DNA of 63,569 nt, filler included, from Chrysochromulina tobinii (taxonomy: Eukaryota), in the NCBI GenBank assembly GCA_001275005.1. It is 7 parts of 7 records of this genome, joined end to end, with 100 filler letters (N's around TTAATTAATTAA, not from the genome) between each part and the next. Parts side by side here need not be neighbours in the genome. Positions count along the whole stretch, not along the records: positions 20,653 to 42,177 come from JWZX01001029.1; positions 42,278 to 50,691 come from JWZX01001030.1; 5 more parts are not named here. One strand, written 5' to 3'. Below are positions 30,907-42,688 of the stretch, piece after piece. The notes beneath the pieces were generated by a model. The model did not search any database and was not told the origin of the DNA. It saw nothing but the letters and a program-made list of their open reading frames with translations. How positions within the stretch are numbered: the stretch's first letter is position 1; every line of letters begins with the position of its first letter. The translations under genes and the position numbers were made by a program.

Positions 30907-33396
30907 TCATACCTGTGTGGAGGCCTTTGCGACCGCGCGACCCTCCTCATCGAGCAGCTCGTTGACTACCCCCTGCAGCTCCACCTCGAGCGTGCCGAAT
31001 TCGGGCCGATGCTCCGGCTGCTCGGACCAGCAGCGAGCGATCAGGCGCAGTAACCGGATCGAGACGCCCGGCGGCACAGGCAGTCGCATGCCCTCCATAG
31101 CCACCTGCGTCGCGACGGTCGCTGGCGACATGCCATCAAAGGGGACGCGTGCGGTGAGCACCTCCCAGCACACGACGCCGAAGCTCCACAGGTCGCACTT
31201 GTGCGAGTAGCTCTGCCCGAGGAGAACCTCGGGCGCTGCCCACTGCACTGAGCCTACACGAGTCATCGCGGCCTGATGCAGGCACTCGCGGCTCAGCCCA
31301 AAGTCGGCGACCTGGACCGAGAAGTCCGGGGCCACGAGCAGGTTCTGTGACTTGAGATCACGGTGGATGATGGAGGGAGAGAGCGAGTGCAGATAGCCCA
31401 TGCCGCGCGCGCAGTCGCCCATCATGCACATCGCAAGCACCCGTGGGAGAGGGACCCCAATTGCGAGCTGTCCGGCCGGCGTCGGCGTCGGGTGGAGCAG
31501 CTGGAAGACGGAGCCGCGCATCAGGTAGTCGGTAATGACGCTTAATTGGCCCGAGGACGTGATGGAGACTCCCACGAGCGAGAGCACGTTCGGGTGCTGC
31601 AGCCGCTGCATGAGCGCAATCTCCTTGCAGAACCCCTCGAGTGCCTTACGTTCGCGCGGCAGCGTGCGGAGCTGCTTGACGGCCACAGGCAGCGCACCGA
31701 CGCCGCCGTCGGCGCCGACTTTGGCCCTGCTGCTGCCGCCGCCGCCGCCGCCGCCGCCGCTGCCGCTGCCGCCGCAGCTGCTGTCGCCGACGCTGCCGCC
31801 GCTGCCGCTGCTACCGCCGCTGCCGGGCACGTGCCAAGACGCTCGGAAGACATCAGCGAAGCCGCCTGTCCCGATGAGCTCATGTAACTTGAGCTCTGTA
31901 AACGGGATGACGCGCACGCCCTCGAGCGCCGCCCGCAGCATCTGCGCGCTCTGCACGTCCGAGGGGCGGAGAGCTGCGCCAGGTGGAGCCGAGAGGGTAG
32001 GCGATTTCCCACAGATGGAGGGGCCCTCCTCAGCGGCGGCGATCTTGGCACCTTTGCGCGCCTGGCCAGCGGCAACGGCGACGGTGAGGGCGGCCCCGGC
32101 GGCTCCGGGCGAGGGCGGCGTCGTCGACACGAGGCCCCCGGCGAGCAGAGGAGCATTCGTCGGCTCGAGGCTGGGCATGCCTGCCCATGAGTTGGTGCTG
32201 CGTGTCCAGTGCGCCCGCTCGAGCAAAAAGGAGGCGTATAGGGCGGGGGCGAAGAGCAGCACGTAGAGGAAGAGGCCGAGCTCCCCGATCCACATGGCGG
32301 TGGTGGGATCGATGGCGAAGATGCGGAAGAGGAAGTAGCCGAGCGTCGAGCACATGTAGCACACCGCGAGGAAGAGCAGCCATAGCCGGCACTGGGGACG
32401 GAGTGGTCGGCAACGACCCGAAAGCGTGAGCAGCAGCAGGATCGCGTACAGGACCGCGAACGAGACGTTGGCGTACATAGCCAGCTCGGTCGGCGCAAAA
32501 GAAAAGAGGTACTGCCCGCGCAAGGGGGGGGGACACCGGTGAAGTGGGTCAGGGGGGGGACAAGGGTGAGGGGAGAACAGGCGCGTGGGCGAGGGGGCGG
32601 GGATGCCAGCGAGGGTACACGTGTGTGTGCATCGGGACGGGGCAATGACGGTGGCTGCAGCGCGGCGCCGCACGGCGGGCGGGGGGTGGGCTCTCACGTC
32701 GTTGAGGGCGGGCTCGCCAAAGACGGCACACGCGCGAACGCCGATGAGGGTGGCCAGCAGCAGCGTTGTCCGGAGCAGCCCGACGCGCGTAGGCAGGCGG
32801 TTGTGCAGGCAGCAGAGCCACGGCAGGTTGTCGAGCAGCCCACGCGCTGCGAGCGAGTCAGGGGCGAGGGAACTAGTCAGCGGGGGGGGGGAAGAGGAAG
32901 GGGGGGGGGACGGAGAATCAAGGGGGGCGAGGGGGGGACGGCGCGTGAGTCTCGATGGGGGAATAAGCCTGGCGAGGGCGGCGCGCGCACATGTGTAGAC
33001 CCAGTGGGCGAAATCGTCCTCGTGCGGGATGGGCGCCGTCATCAACAGGAGAGTCAAGATGGCCATCAGCAGGTCGGCCATGCCCACAAAGTTGTATAGG
33101 CGGATGGCGCAGTCGGAGACGCGGACGGTGCCCCACGAATCCTGCAAGAGCAGATCCTTGGTAGGGCGCTTGCGGAACCAGATGAGCACGAGCACCGATA
33201 ATATGGACATGACGAGCAGCACGTGTGATACCACCTCGAGCATCGGCACATCGAGTCGGTCCTGGCCCTCATAGATGCTCCACGTGAGCAAGCAGTAGCC
33301 GGGGCCGATGGTGTAGTTGCGGAACGTCTGCCCGCCATAGTGCACGACCCCTTGGGAGAGCCCTGGCGGGTGCTGCCAATAGTCCGTCCTCGTCAT
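30907..33396 (-). CDS. Seven-TM (GPCR-like) - TKL/Raf-like kinase fusion (introns 32847-32990, 32512-32697)
   Basis: IGTGGFADVF, VAVKQL, IIHRDLKSQN, DFGLS, GSVQWAAPE; about 7 hydrophobic segments N-terminal after splicing. Confidence 0.82.
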   Translation of the reverse strand: MTRTDYWQHPPGLSQGVVHYGGQTFRNYTIGPGYCLLTWSIYEGQDRLDVPMLEVVSHVLLVMSILSVLVLIWFRKRPTKDLLLQDSWGTVRVSDCAIRLYNFVGMADLLMAILTLLLMTAPIPHEDDFAHWVYTCARAALARLIPPSRLTRRPPLAPLDSPSPPPSSSPPPLTSSLAPDSLAARGLLDNLPWLCCLHNRLPTRVGLLRTTLLLATLIGVRACAVFGEPALNDVRAHPPPAVRRRAAATVIAPSRCTHTCTLAGIPAPSPTRLFSPHPCPPPDPLHRCPPPLRGQYLFSFAPTELAMYANVSFAVLYAILLLLTLSGRCRPLRPQCRLWLLFLAVCYMCSTLGYFLFRIFAIDPTTAMWIGELGLFLYVLLFAPALYASFLLERAHWTRSTNSWAGMPSLEPTNAPLLAGGLVSTTPPSPGAAGAALTVAVAAGQARKGAKIAAAEEGPSICGKSPTLSAPPGAALRPSDVQSAQMLRAALEGVRVIPFTELKLHELIGTGGFADVFRASWHVPGSGGSSGSGGSVGDSSCGGSGSGGGGGGGGSSRAKVGADGGVGALPVAVKQLRTLPRERKALEGFCKEIALMQRLQHPNVLSLVGVSITSSGQLSVITDYLMRGSVFQLLHPTPTPAGQLAIGVPLPRVLAMCMMGDCARGMGYLHSLSPSIIHRDLKSQNLLVAPDFSVQVADFGLSRECLHQAAMTRVGSVQWAAPEVLLGQSYSHKCDLWSFGVVCWEVLTARVPFDGMSPATVATQVAMEGMRLPVPPGVSIRLLRLIARCWSEQPEHRPEFGTLEVELQGVVNELLDEEGRAVAKASTQV

Positions 33397-33840
33397 GGCG
33401 CCCGACGCAGGTGGAAGGGCTGAATTGCTCCGTCTTGCAAAAGGCGAATGCCTTTGTCAACTTTTGCGGGCGCCCTCCGTCGGAATTACGAAACATACAG
33501 ATACACCAGTACGGCGTTTTGTCTCTTCACTCAGTCACCGGCAAGCGTCGATTCATGGAAACCTACGATGGCATTTGGCGACCTCGGAAGACCCGCACCC
33601 CCCCGGTGCGTGCACGTGGACTTGCTGCCAGCAAGGGACAGTTACCCTCTAGCCTCTTGAGAGTCTGAGATTACCTACTTACCACGTGCGGTGGCACCCA
33701 GTGCCCCAGGGCCCTTCAAGTTCCTTGTCAAACATATCTCATATGTTTCAAACAAGCTCCTGAAGTGCACTCCTGAAGCAGGTCCTGAAGCTGTCCGGTC
33801 ATTCACCACGAATCATGATGAATTTCGCCTCCTCTCCCCC

Positions 33841-35679
33841 TTAATCGTAGGGGCTCGCGGGGCTCACGCTCGCGGCCATCATGTGCGCCAGAGTCAACGA
33901 AGCGAGGGTCAGCGCGAGCTGCTGACCGACGCAGGAGCGCGGGCCGCTGCCGAACGAGGCGAGCTGCGCGCGCGCAGCCTGCGCCCCGCGCTCCTGAGGT
34001 TCGTGCCCGTCCACAAAGCGCTCGGGCATGAACGCGTTCGGCGCCTCCCAGACGGCTGCGTCACGCCCGAGCAGCGCCGTGCTCGCCACGAGGGCGCTGC
34101 CTTGGGGGATGGGTACGTCGCCAAGCGTCGTGTCGCGCAGAGCGACGCGCAGCAGCAGTGGGGCTGCTGGGTGGAGGCGCGATGCCTCGAGAAGGCACGC
34201 GCGGCTCCACGGCAACGAGGACGGCGCCGCTGCCGCACTGAATGCCGCGACGCGCGCATCCGCTGCCGCGGCGGCGGCGGTGAAGGCAGTGGGGGCGGTG
34301 GCGGCGGCGGCGGCGATGAAGGCGGTGAAGTCGGTGGGGGCGTTGGGGGCGGCGGCGGCGGCGGCGGCGGCGGCGGCTGCAGTGGCGGCGCTCGATGATG
34401 TTGCCGTACTGCGGTAGTTGTCCTCAGTGACGGCGACAGAGGCTGTGGACAGCCTTGCCCTCGCCTCCTCGGCCACTGTGGCGGCCACGTCCGGCCGCTC
34501 GCGCAGCAGCATGACCGCCGCCACCAGTGTCTCGCTCGTCGTCTCACCCCCGGCCACCAACACGTCCCGGACCACGTCGGCCACCTCTTCCTTCTCCAAA
34601 CGCGTCACCGAGTCTCCGTGTTCAGCGGACGGTGCCATAAGGGCGTCGAGCAAACTCGTGGGCGGCCCGCTGCCGCCGTCAACTCCCCCGCCGCCGTCAA
34701 CTTCCCCGCCGCCGTCGATGCCATCGACGCCACCAACAGCGCTTCGAGTACCGGCGTGGTGCACTTGGTGAGGCAGGGAGCAGCCTTCCCATCGAGCCCC
34801 AACGACCGCCTCCACCCAGTCCACCGAGGCCGAGGCGGGCTGAGGTGACTGCGGCGGCTGACACCAGCGAGGGCCAGCAGCGCCCATCATGGCAGCCAGT
34901 CGCTCAACCGCAGCGCCACACGCGGCACTGTAGCGTGCGGCGCGGCGGCTCACCTTCCGTGCTCGTGACGTGTACAACTGCGCGAGCTCGAAAAACGAGG
35001 TGCCGCGAAGGAGCGCCCAGGCCTGCTCGCCCAGCAGCGACACGGCGGCGACTTGCTGCAGCAGCCATTGGCCGAGGCGGGCAAGCGGCCCGAGCCACGC
35101 GCTGCTCACACCGTGGCGACGGGGGCGGCGGCCAACCTGTGCCAGCTTCGGTGGCAGCTGCGTCGGTGGCGGCTGCGTGCCGATCACAATCTGGTGCAGC
35201 GCGTAGCGGATGATGGTCGAGCAGTATCGCAATAGCTCGTCCACCGAGAGTGTGGTGAGCGCCGAAGATGCGTCCAGTTCACACACGTCTGTTGCATGGC
35301 TCACGGCGGCGGCGACGGCCGCCGGAGCAGTTGACTCGAGGATCGTACGCGTTTGTAGCACGCGGAGCTTGTCACGCCGACGGCTCCACGCCTGACCAGT
35401 GGCGCCGACCACGCCTGGCCGGCCCGCATCCGCATCCTGGCGGTCGCGAAAGTCAGCGCTGCGCGCGATGGTCGCCTCCACCACTAGCGAAGGCGATGAG
35501 AGGAAGTAGATGCGCCTGCCACCCGGCAAGGCCCCCATGGCCAACGGCTGCGCGGCGTGCGCTGCGGAGCGTGCAAAGTCTCCCGTTGCGAGCAGCGACC
35601 ACGGTGATATTGTTGGAAGCGGAGCTGCGGTCGCAACACCCGCTGCCAACGTCGCGGTCAGCAAACGCTGGATCGACAT
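33841..35679 (-). CDS. Cytochrome P450
   Basis: I-helix AGGETT, ExxR (EASR), PERF, heme motif FGSGPRSCVG. Confidence 0.92.
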   Translation of the reverse strand: MSIQRLLTATLAAGVATAAPLPTISPWSLLATGDFARSAAHAAQPLAMGALPGGRRIYFLSSPSLVVEATIARSADFRDRQDADAGRPGVVGATGQAWSRRRDKLRVLQTRTILESTAPAAVAAAVSHATDVCELDASSALTTLSVDELLRYCSTIIRYALHQIVIGTQPPPTQLPPKLAQVGRRPRRHGVSSAWLGPLARLGQWLLQQVAAVSLLGEQAWALLRGTSFFELAQLYTSRARKVSRRAARYSAACGAAVERLAAMMGAAGPRWCQPPQSPQPASASVDWVEAVVGARWEGCSLPHQVHHAGTRSAVGGVDGIDGGGEVDGGGGVDGGSGPPTSLLDALMAPSAEHGDSVTRLEKEEVADVVRDVLVAGGETTSETLVAAVMLLRERPDVAATVAEEARARLSTASVAVTEDNYRSTATSSSAATAAAAAAAAAAAPNAPTDFTAFIAAAAATAPTAFTAAAAAADARVAAFSAAAAPSSLPWSRACLLEASRLHPAAPLLLRVALRDTTLGDVPIPQGSALVASTALLGRDAAVWEAPNAFMPERFVDGHEPQERGAQAARAQLASFGSGPRSCVGQQLALTLASLTLAHMMAASVSPASPYD

Positions 35680-35866
35680 TTGCTTCGTCGTGTGTCTCTT
35701 GTCTGCGCCCACCACGGTGTGTCTCCTCGGGACCGGTGGTCGTGCGTCTTGCCGAGATGGCAATTAACATGAACGGCGAACACTCTTTCGTATTGCGGCG
35801 CGCGCCGCGCCGCGCCGCGCGGCAATTAATGCCGCGTGGTGCCTGTGAGGATTCGCCCCACTCTCC

Positions 35867-37801
35867 ATGTCGACCGCTCCGGCGTCTGGTGCGTCTGGAG
35901 CTTTCCCGGATGTGTTGGTGCAGAGCATTCGCGATGCGATGTGTTACGTGGATTCCATCACCAAGGGGGAGGTGCACGCCCCTAGGGACGGTTCCCGCAG
36001 CCCGTCTGGGCTGCAGCAGCAGCAGAGCTCCGAGACGGTTCGCAGCGGAGCAACTTCAGAAGAAAGCGAGTCGCGGGTACGCCATGCGCACGCCAACGCC
36101 ATTGTGCGCGGCACGTCTCCGTGAAGAGTCTAAGAAGGCTCGAGAGCTGTCTCACCCTTGTGTGTGTGCCGCTCCATTCCGCAGCCACGTCTGGTGCTGC
36201 GCCGTTCGTCATCGAGCCTTTCGATCAACGATGGCGAGTTTGAGTGGCTCAAGCCGTACTTTGCCAAGGAGTCCTCGAATCCGGACGTGCTGCTCGCAAC
36301 GGCGGCGGAGCTTCCCAAGAAGCCGGGGGCATCACGGGGGGCACCACACTCGTGGCCGGGGGCATCGCTGCCGATGCCTCGCTCGGCGCTGCCGAGGCCG
36401 CCGCTGACCGGCAACAAGCACCGGCAGTCGGTCAGCAATGTGCTGCCGGCGATGAGCTCCTGCCAGCCCGAGGAGGGTGACGAACCCGAGGACGAGCACG
36501 AGCTCGAGCTCGACGCGGCGAACGCCCGCAAGCGGCGAAAGGTCGGATGGACGAACACTGAAGATCTCACCATCCTCGCAGCTGTGCGCCGCATCGGCAC
36601 GCAGTGGCAGCGAATCGCCGACGAGCTGCCCAGCCGGACGGCGGACGCGGTGCGCAACAGGTGGCACCGGCTGCAGAAGACGCACTTGCTGAGCGACACG
36701 GACGAGGGGCGCTCAGTGCTCGATGGTCTACTCATTGCGTCCGGCATCGACCCCGAATGGTGCCCGCCCGAGCTGGCCTCCCCCGACCCGGGCAGCGGCC
36801 CCGCCCCCGAGGCGACGCGCGTGGTGGGCGCGGATCACGGCCGGCAGATGTGGACGGCGGATGAGGATCGGATCATCGAGGACGGCGTGCGCCGCTTCGG
36901 GTGCAAATGGCGTCAGATCGCCGCGCTGCTGCCCGGCCGAACGGACTCGTCCATCAGGAACCGCTGGATGCGGCTCTGCAAGGACACGCACGAGGCGACG
37001 AGCGCGCCACCACCGTCGTTTGGGACCGCGGCGAGCAGCGGCGTTGGCAGCAGCAGCAGCGCCCCCGCCCTCCCCTTCAGCGCAGCAGGCCCACCGCCCC
37101 CGCAGGACGTGGCGACGGCTTCGTCGTCAGCACCGCAGACTGCAGCCGCGGTGAGCAGCGGGGGCAAACACGCCCTGATCGCGTATGTCATGGGCGAAGT
37201 CCATGCCGCTGAGGCAAGCCCTGGGCCTTGGCAAGGTGATGTGTCCGGGCTCACACTGCCGGTCCCCAAGCAATCGCTCGATTCGATTCTCGGGGACCTG
37301 TCCGAGTCAATGAGGGTCGTCGAGGTGGATGAGGACATGCCGCTCGGGATGGGAGCCCCGATGGAGGTGCTCGATCTCGACTCATTCATAGAGGCGGTCA
37401 GCGCCGTCGTCTCAGGCCGCCCAAGTCGGCGCTCGAGCGCCGCCTCGTGCTCGGAAGACAAGCCCCGCATCTCCGGTTTCTCGAGCGGCGGCTCGTGCTC
37501 GGGAGAGAGCTCCCGAGATGTCTCCCGAGAAGTGTCTCGTTCGATATCAGGTCGGTCAGGCCACGGGTCGGCAGGCCAAATCTCGGCTCGCGACTCGTTC
37601 GGAAGCCGGGCTGCCTCTTTTGGACACCCAGTGCGTGGAGACTCGTTCGGCTCGCCCTCGCACGTTCCGATGGGCGCGCCACCGCCGCGGCGCCGCTCGA
37701 GTGTGGGCGTGGCCGCCGCGATCGCCACCGCCGCCGTCGCCGCCACCACCGCTGCCGTCGCCTCGGCCATGGGACGCTCGCGCTCCGGCTCGGCGGCTTG
37801 A
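35867..37801 (+). CDS. Two-repeat MYB transcription factor (probable intron 36077-36184)
   Basis: WTNTEDL..W..IA..LPSRT.DAVRNRW and WTADED..W..IA..LPGRTDSSIRNRW. Confidence 0.88.
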
Positions 37802-37939
37802 TGGCTTGATCGGACGTGACTTGATGGGTTGACGAAGCCCAATGATGGGTTGACGAAGCCCAATGAAGGCTTGATCGGACGTGACTTGCTCCGGGCGGTT
37901 CGGTGCGAAGGAGAGCGAGCGAGAGTGCGAGAGGGACTC

Positions 37940-38088
37940 CGTGGCACTCACGTGGCACTCAGTAGGCACTCAGAGGGACACAGGTGCCATCCGAGGCCCT
38001 CAGGTGCCATCCGAGGCCCTCAGGGGCCATCCGAGGCACTCAGGGGCCATCCGAGGCACTCAGGGGCCATCCGAGGCACTCAGGGGCC
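37940..38088. repeat. 20-bp (2 x 10-bp) tandem repeat GGCACTCAGGGGCCATCCGA
   Basis: About 5 near-perfect copies downstream of the MYB gene. Confidence 0.88.
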
Positions 38089-38397
38089 CCGGCGTGGGTC
38101 GTTGGGTGGGCTGGCGCTATGACTCGAGAGGACATCTCGCGCGGGGAACGCATCGCTGAAGACCCTTGGTCGTGCAACACAGCACCTGGCAGTGATTGCG
38201 CGCTGTGTGCCCTCTTGTATGGCAACAAATCTCGCATGCAAGTCGGAGGCAGCCGCGGAGCCTCGCCTCCCTTTGCGGGTCTGTTCCACAGGCAATGGTT
38301 AGAAACTACCATAGACACCGAACATATTAATACCGTCGGTCGCAATTCACCTCCTATTCACACCAAATATTCAAGTCTCGTCAATACTTAGAGAGAA

Positions 38398-40765
38398 ATG
38401 GCGACGATGGCTCTTTTTCCGACGACCCCCGATACGAGCGATGACGACGACGACGCGCTGGCGAACGGAGGTTCTACATCGCCAGGATGGACAACGGAGG
38501 TTCTACACGACCCGGGTGCGCCCAAGTGCGTAGACAATACTGTCCTGGAGGTCGCGGTGGACATGCGGCCGCTTGTCTTCTTTGTCAAGTTCTCGGGCGC
38601 GGACGCTGCGAGACGACTGCACCGCATCACGCTCCCGCGCTCATGGGCGAAAGCCACGATAGGAAAGCTCACCGACATGCTCGCAAGTCGATCAGCTGTG
38701 CCGTCCTGGGACTGTCACCTTGTCGTCACACGCGGTCCGCTGGACAGTTCGTTGCCCATCGCGGCCGCAATAGTGCACAAAGAGACGGCGGAGCTCGTGC
38801 GTGGGCCGGCTCCCGCGCTCGGAACGCACGATCGCATGCGGCACTTTCTTTGGGTGTGGGGGAGGACGGTCGACGGTCACCTGTGCCCGACGCCGCGCCG
38901 CCAGCCAGGGCTCGGGAGCCACTCGATCCGAGCAGTGGCGATGGGCGACGAGCACGTGGCGTGCGTAACCAGCGTCGGGCTCGTGCTCACCTGGGGGCAC
39001 AACGAGTGCGGCCAGCTCGGCACGGGGGATGAACGCCCGCGCGCGGCTCCGCGTGTCGTGCGCGCGCTCTCGTGCACGCGCTGCGTAGCTGTGAGCTGTG
39101 GAGCGCACTGCACAGGCGCGATCGAGGAGAGCGGGCATTTGTGGAGCTTCGGCGCCAACCAGCCCGCCAACCGCCCTACGCGCTTCCACGAGAGCTGGGC
39201 CAACCGTCGCGGCGCCACCGCCGCCGGCCTCCACGTGCTCGCCGTTGCCTTCGGGTACGCACATGTTCTCGTGCTCAGCGGCCGAGGGGTCGATGGCTCG
39301 CAAGCAAGTGCCCACGACGACGCGGAGACGGATGAGGATAAGAAGGCGCGCAAGCTCAACGGCGGTTGCGCGGGGACGGGCGCGGACTTGGGCTCGGGCG
39401 CGGGCGCGGGCGGCAGCACAGGCAGTGGGGCCGGCGGCGTGCGCGCGCTGTGGAGCTGGGGGTACAACGAATCGTTCCAGCTCGGTTGGTCGGAGGCTGT
39501 GGGGAATCCGTTGCTTCGCGTCGGCTTCCAGAAGCCCCGCGCCCCCCTCGACATGGGTAGTCTGGGAGGCGTCGACGAGGGCGGCGTGGTCGCGATTGCG
39601 TGCGGAGAGGCTCATTCGGCCTGCCTGACGGCGGCTGGCTCCGTCTTCGCTTGGGGCGACAACTCCACCGGCCAGTGTGGCGCTGTCGGAGGCGGGACGC
39701 TCGTTCCACTGCCACTGCTCCTTGTGATGCCGCAGGGTGATGCGAAGGTGCGCCGGCTGCTTTGCCTGGGCAACGCCACCATCGCCATCACCGTGAGCGG
39801 GCGCGCCTACATCCTGGGGGGGGGCGGGCGGCTTAAGGGTGAGCGGGGGGAAGAGGAGGAGGCCGACGAGGACGACGAGGACGAGGGCGGAGAGGCAGAC
39901 GAGGCGGCGGGCGCGGCGGCGGAGGATGCACAGCGGCAGGCAGCCTCTCCACGGGGGCAAGCGGTCGAGGACGGCGGTGGGGCGGGCAGTGCGCCCGAAG
40001 GACGCGCGGACGTACGTGGACACGCGCATCAGGAAGGAGGCGATGGCGAAGGCGAGGGTGCCGTCAGCGCCGTCGTCGGCGGCGGCGGCGGGGGCGGCGG
40101 CGACGTGGGCGGCGTCGCTCGGGGCTTGGGACGGCTGCTCGGCACGAGGCGGCTGTTGGCCGAGCATGTGGTCGAGGCGGCCGGCTGTGCCGATCACCTT
40201 CTTTTCCTCTCGTCCGACGACACCCTGCGTGGTGTCGGGTACAACAGGTGATTGCCACTGATTGCCACTGATGGCCTGCCTTGCATGCAAGTGCTCACCA
40301 CAGCGTCTTCGGCTCCCCGGGTACAACAGGTATCAGCAGGCGTGCCCGGGCAACACACAACTCCGACTGGGCGCGCCAACGGCGCTGTCGATGCACCCTT
40401 TCGCGCTGGAACGAATCCTCGGGCTTGCCGCGGGCGGCGGGTGCAGCGTCGCTCTGACCGAGGCGCGCGAGTCACTCGTCGCGTGCTGCCTTGCCACGCT
40501 CAAGGCGTGCCTCGACGCCGGAGATGCGACGCGTTGTGTCGAGCTGCTCGTCCTCGCAGGCGCTTTCCACAGCCCCCCTCTCACCGCGTTGGCCGAAGCG
40601 GCCGAAACTTGCGTGCGCCGGCATCGGCAGGCAGTGGCGCGAGAGGCGGAGCGGCAGGGCATTCAAGTCGAGCCCGCGCTCGCCGCGCTCCTCGAGATGC
40701 GATCTCAGATGCAAGCGGAGGCGGCGGCTAGGCACGTCGTGGGGGCGGCGATTGAGGACGATTAG
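38398..40765 (+). CDS. RCC1-repeat protein (intron 40248-40329)
   Basis: TWGHNECGQLG, IACGEAHS...FAWGDNSTGQCG, SWGYNESFQLG; splicing gives GYNRYQQACP. Confidence 0.88.
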
Positions 40766-41008
40766 AGGCACGCGCTGACTAGGCAGCCCGCGTGCAATTC
40801 GGGTGGCCCATTCCCTTAGACCGAGTCGACGCACGGTGCGTTGCGGTTACCGTACACAACATATAACCTTCTCAGAGCTGGCCCGTTCTGAAACTTCTGT
40901 CGATCGCGTCGTATCGGTCATGGCCGTTTGTTGGTTTTCTCTTTTGGATTTGGAAGTTTGGGCTCGGGCCTCCGGGGCCTCGCTTGAAGTTTTATTTTGG
41001 AGCCCTCC

Positions 41009-42177
41009 ATGGAGAACGCGGCTCGCGCTCGCTCTCCATCGCCCCCAAAGGCGAAGCTCCTGAACAGCTCCCGTGACAAAGGACCGCCCCCTACCTACCC
41101 CATCGACAGCAGCGTGTACGTGAAGCGCAGCAACGGACAGGAGTATCTCGCCGTCGTGATGGACTATGACGCAGGCAAGAAAATCTACACGCTGGAACTC
41201 GATAGCACTGGCTCTGGTAAGATCAAGCAGTCACGGGAAGATGGGATGCGATTCGCCTCGGGACCAGCGCCCGCCGTGACCCCAAATTCGCGTCAGAGCG
41301 GGGCCGGCGTGGGCCTTCTGAGCGGCGCGAGTTCCAGAGGCTCGAGTACGGGGAACGTGCGCAACCGAATTCTATCGGAAAGAGGCGCGACGCTCAACGA
41401 ACAGCTCGAGCTAGATCCGGATGCACACGCCAAGAAATTAGCCGAACTGGAGGCTGAGTTCAAGCAGGACGAGCAGCGGGAAGTTGTGACTGATAAGCTT
41501 CAACAGCTCAAAATCAAGCGGAAGGGCGTCCGCCCAGTAAACCCGGAAATGGAAGCGTTTGTGGCGGCGATCGAAGCAGCTCGCGAACGCAAGCCCGGGG
41601 GTGCCCCGCCAACGGCGGCTGAGATTGTAGCGGAGCAGAGACGAAAAGAGCTTGCAGCCACGACCACGACCCCAGCGCCTCGTAGGGCCGCAGGGTGGTC
41701 CCTGTGGACTCCATTTGGAAGTGTCGAGGTGGCCAGCGAGAGCCTAGATGCTGAATATATCCAGGAGGACGAGGAGATCGCGCGACTCGAGGCGGTATCT
41801 GCACATCCACCACCAGGACTTACGCCTCAGGTGAAACGGCTCGAGGCTGTTCGTTTGGAAGCGCTTCGCGAGCGCAAAAAGAACAGGGTGCAGCTGGTTG
41901 CTGAGAGCCGGCCAGCAGTTGGGCTTTCCGCTGCGCGACCTTGCTGCATGTCCTTGCTGCGCATCCTGTGTTGCGCGATCATGGCTTTTTGCGCGTTTGC
42001 GGGGGTGCTCTACGTGACCACCGGCTTCCCTATCGAGCACGCCCAACCACCATCGATGCCGCCCTACCCTCCGTTGCCCCCTCCGCCACCCCCACGGCCA
42101 CCACCGCCGCCACCGTCGCCACCACCGCCGCCGCCACCACCGCCGCCGCCGCCCGCGCCACCGCCACCGCGGCCACC
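41009..42177 (+). CDS. Membrane protein with SH3/Tudor-like N-terminal barrel and Pro-rich tail (3' partial)
   Basis: VYVKRSNG..AVV.DYD...YTLEL, one TM helix, polyPro running into the gap. Confidence 0.55.
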
Positions 42178-42277
42178 NNNNNNNNNNNNNNNNNNNNNNN
42201 NNNNNNNNNNNNNNNNNNNNNTTAATTAATTAANNNNNNNNNNNNNNNNNNNNNNNNNNNNNNNNNNNNNNNNNNNN
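42178..42277. other. Artificial contig linker
   Basis: N-run with TTAATTAATTAA. Confidence 0.98.
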
Positions 42278-42688
42278 ATGCTCGCCACCGGGGGGATGGA
42301 TGCGGTCGTGCGCGTCTTTGCTCTCTCCACCGGCCAGCTCGTGCGCGAGCTGCGCGGGCACAAGGGATCAGTGCAGAGCCTCGCCCTCGGTGGCTCGGTG
42401 CTGGTGAGCGGCGGAAGCGACGACAGGACGATCAAGGTCTGGTCGCTCCTCGAAGACGTCGACGCGAGCGAGTGCGCCACGCTCGACGAGCACCCTGACC
42501 ATGTGAGGAGCGTGGCCATCTCGCCGTCGGGCGGATTTATCGCGAGCGTGATCAATGGCTTTCATGGCAAGCTCTTCGTGTGGAGGCCGCGAGAGCAACG
42601 ACACCAGGAAAGACTTTGTATGCCGCCATCGATACAAAGTCTTTCCACAAGGCGAGCACCCATCAAGATTCGTCGATACATAGGCTGA
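42278..42688 (+). CDS. WD40-repeat protein, 3' fragment
   Basis: LRGHKGSVQSLAL..LVSGGSDDRTIKVW. Confidence 0.85.
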   Translation: MLATGGMDAVVRVFALSTGQLVRELRGHKGSVQSLALGGSVLVSGGSDDRTIKVWSLLEDVDASECATLDEHPDHVRSVAISPSGGFIASVINGFHGKLFVWRPREQRHQERLCMPPSIQSLSTRRAPIKIRRYIG

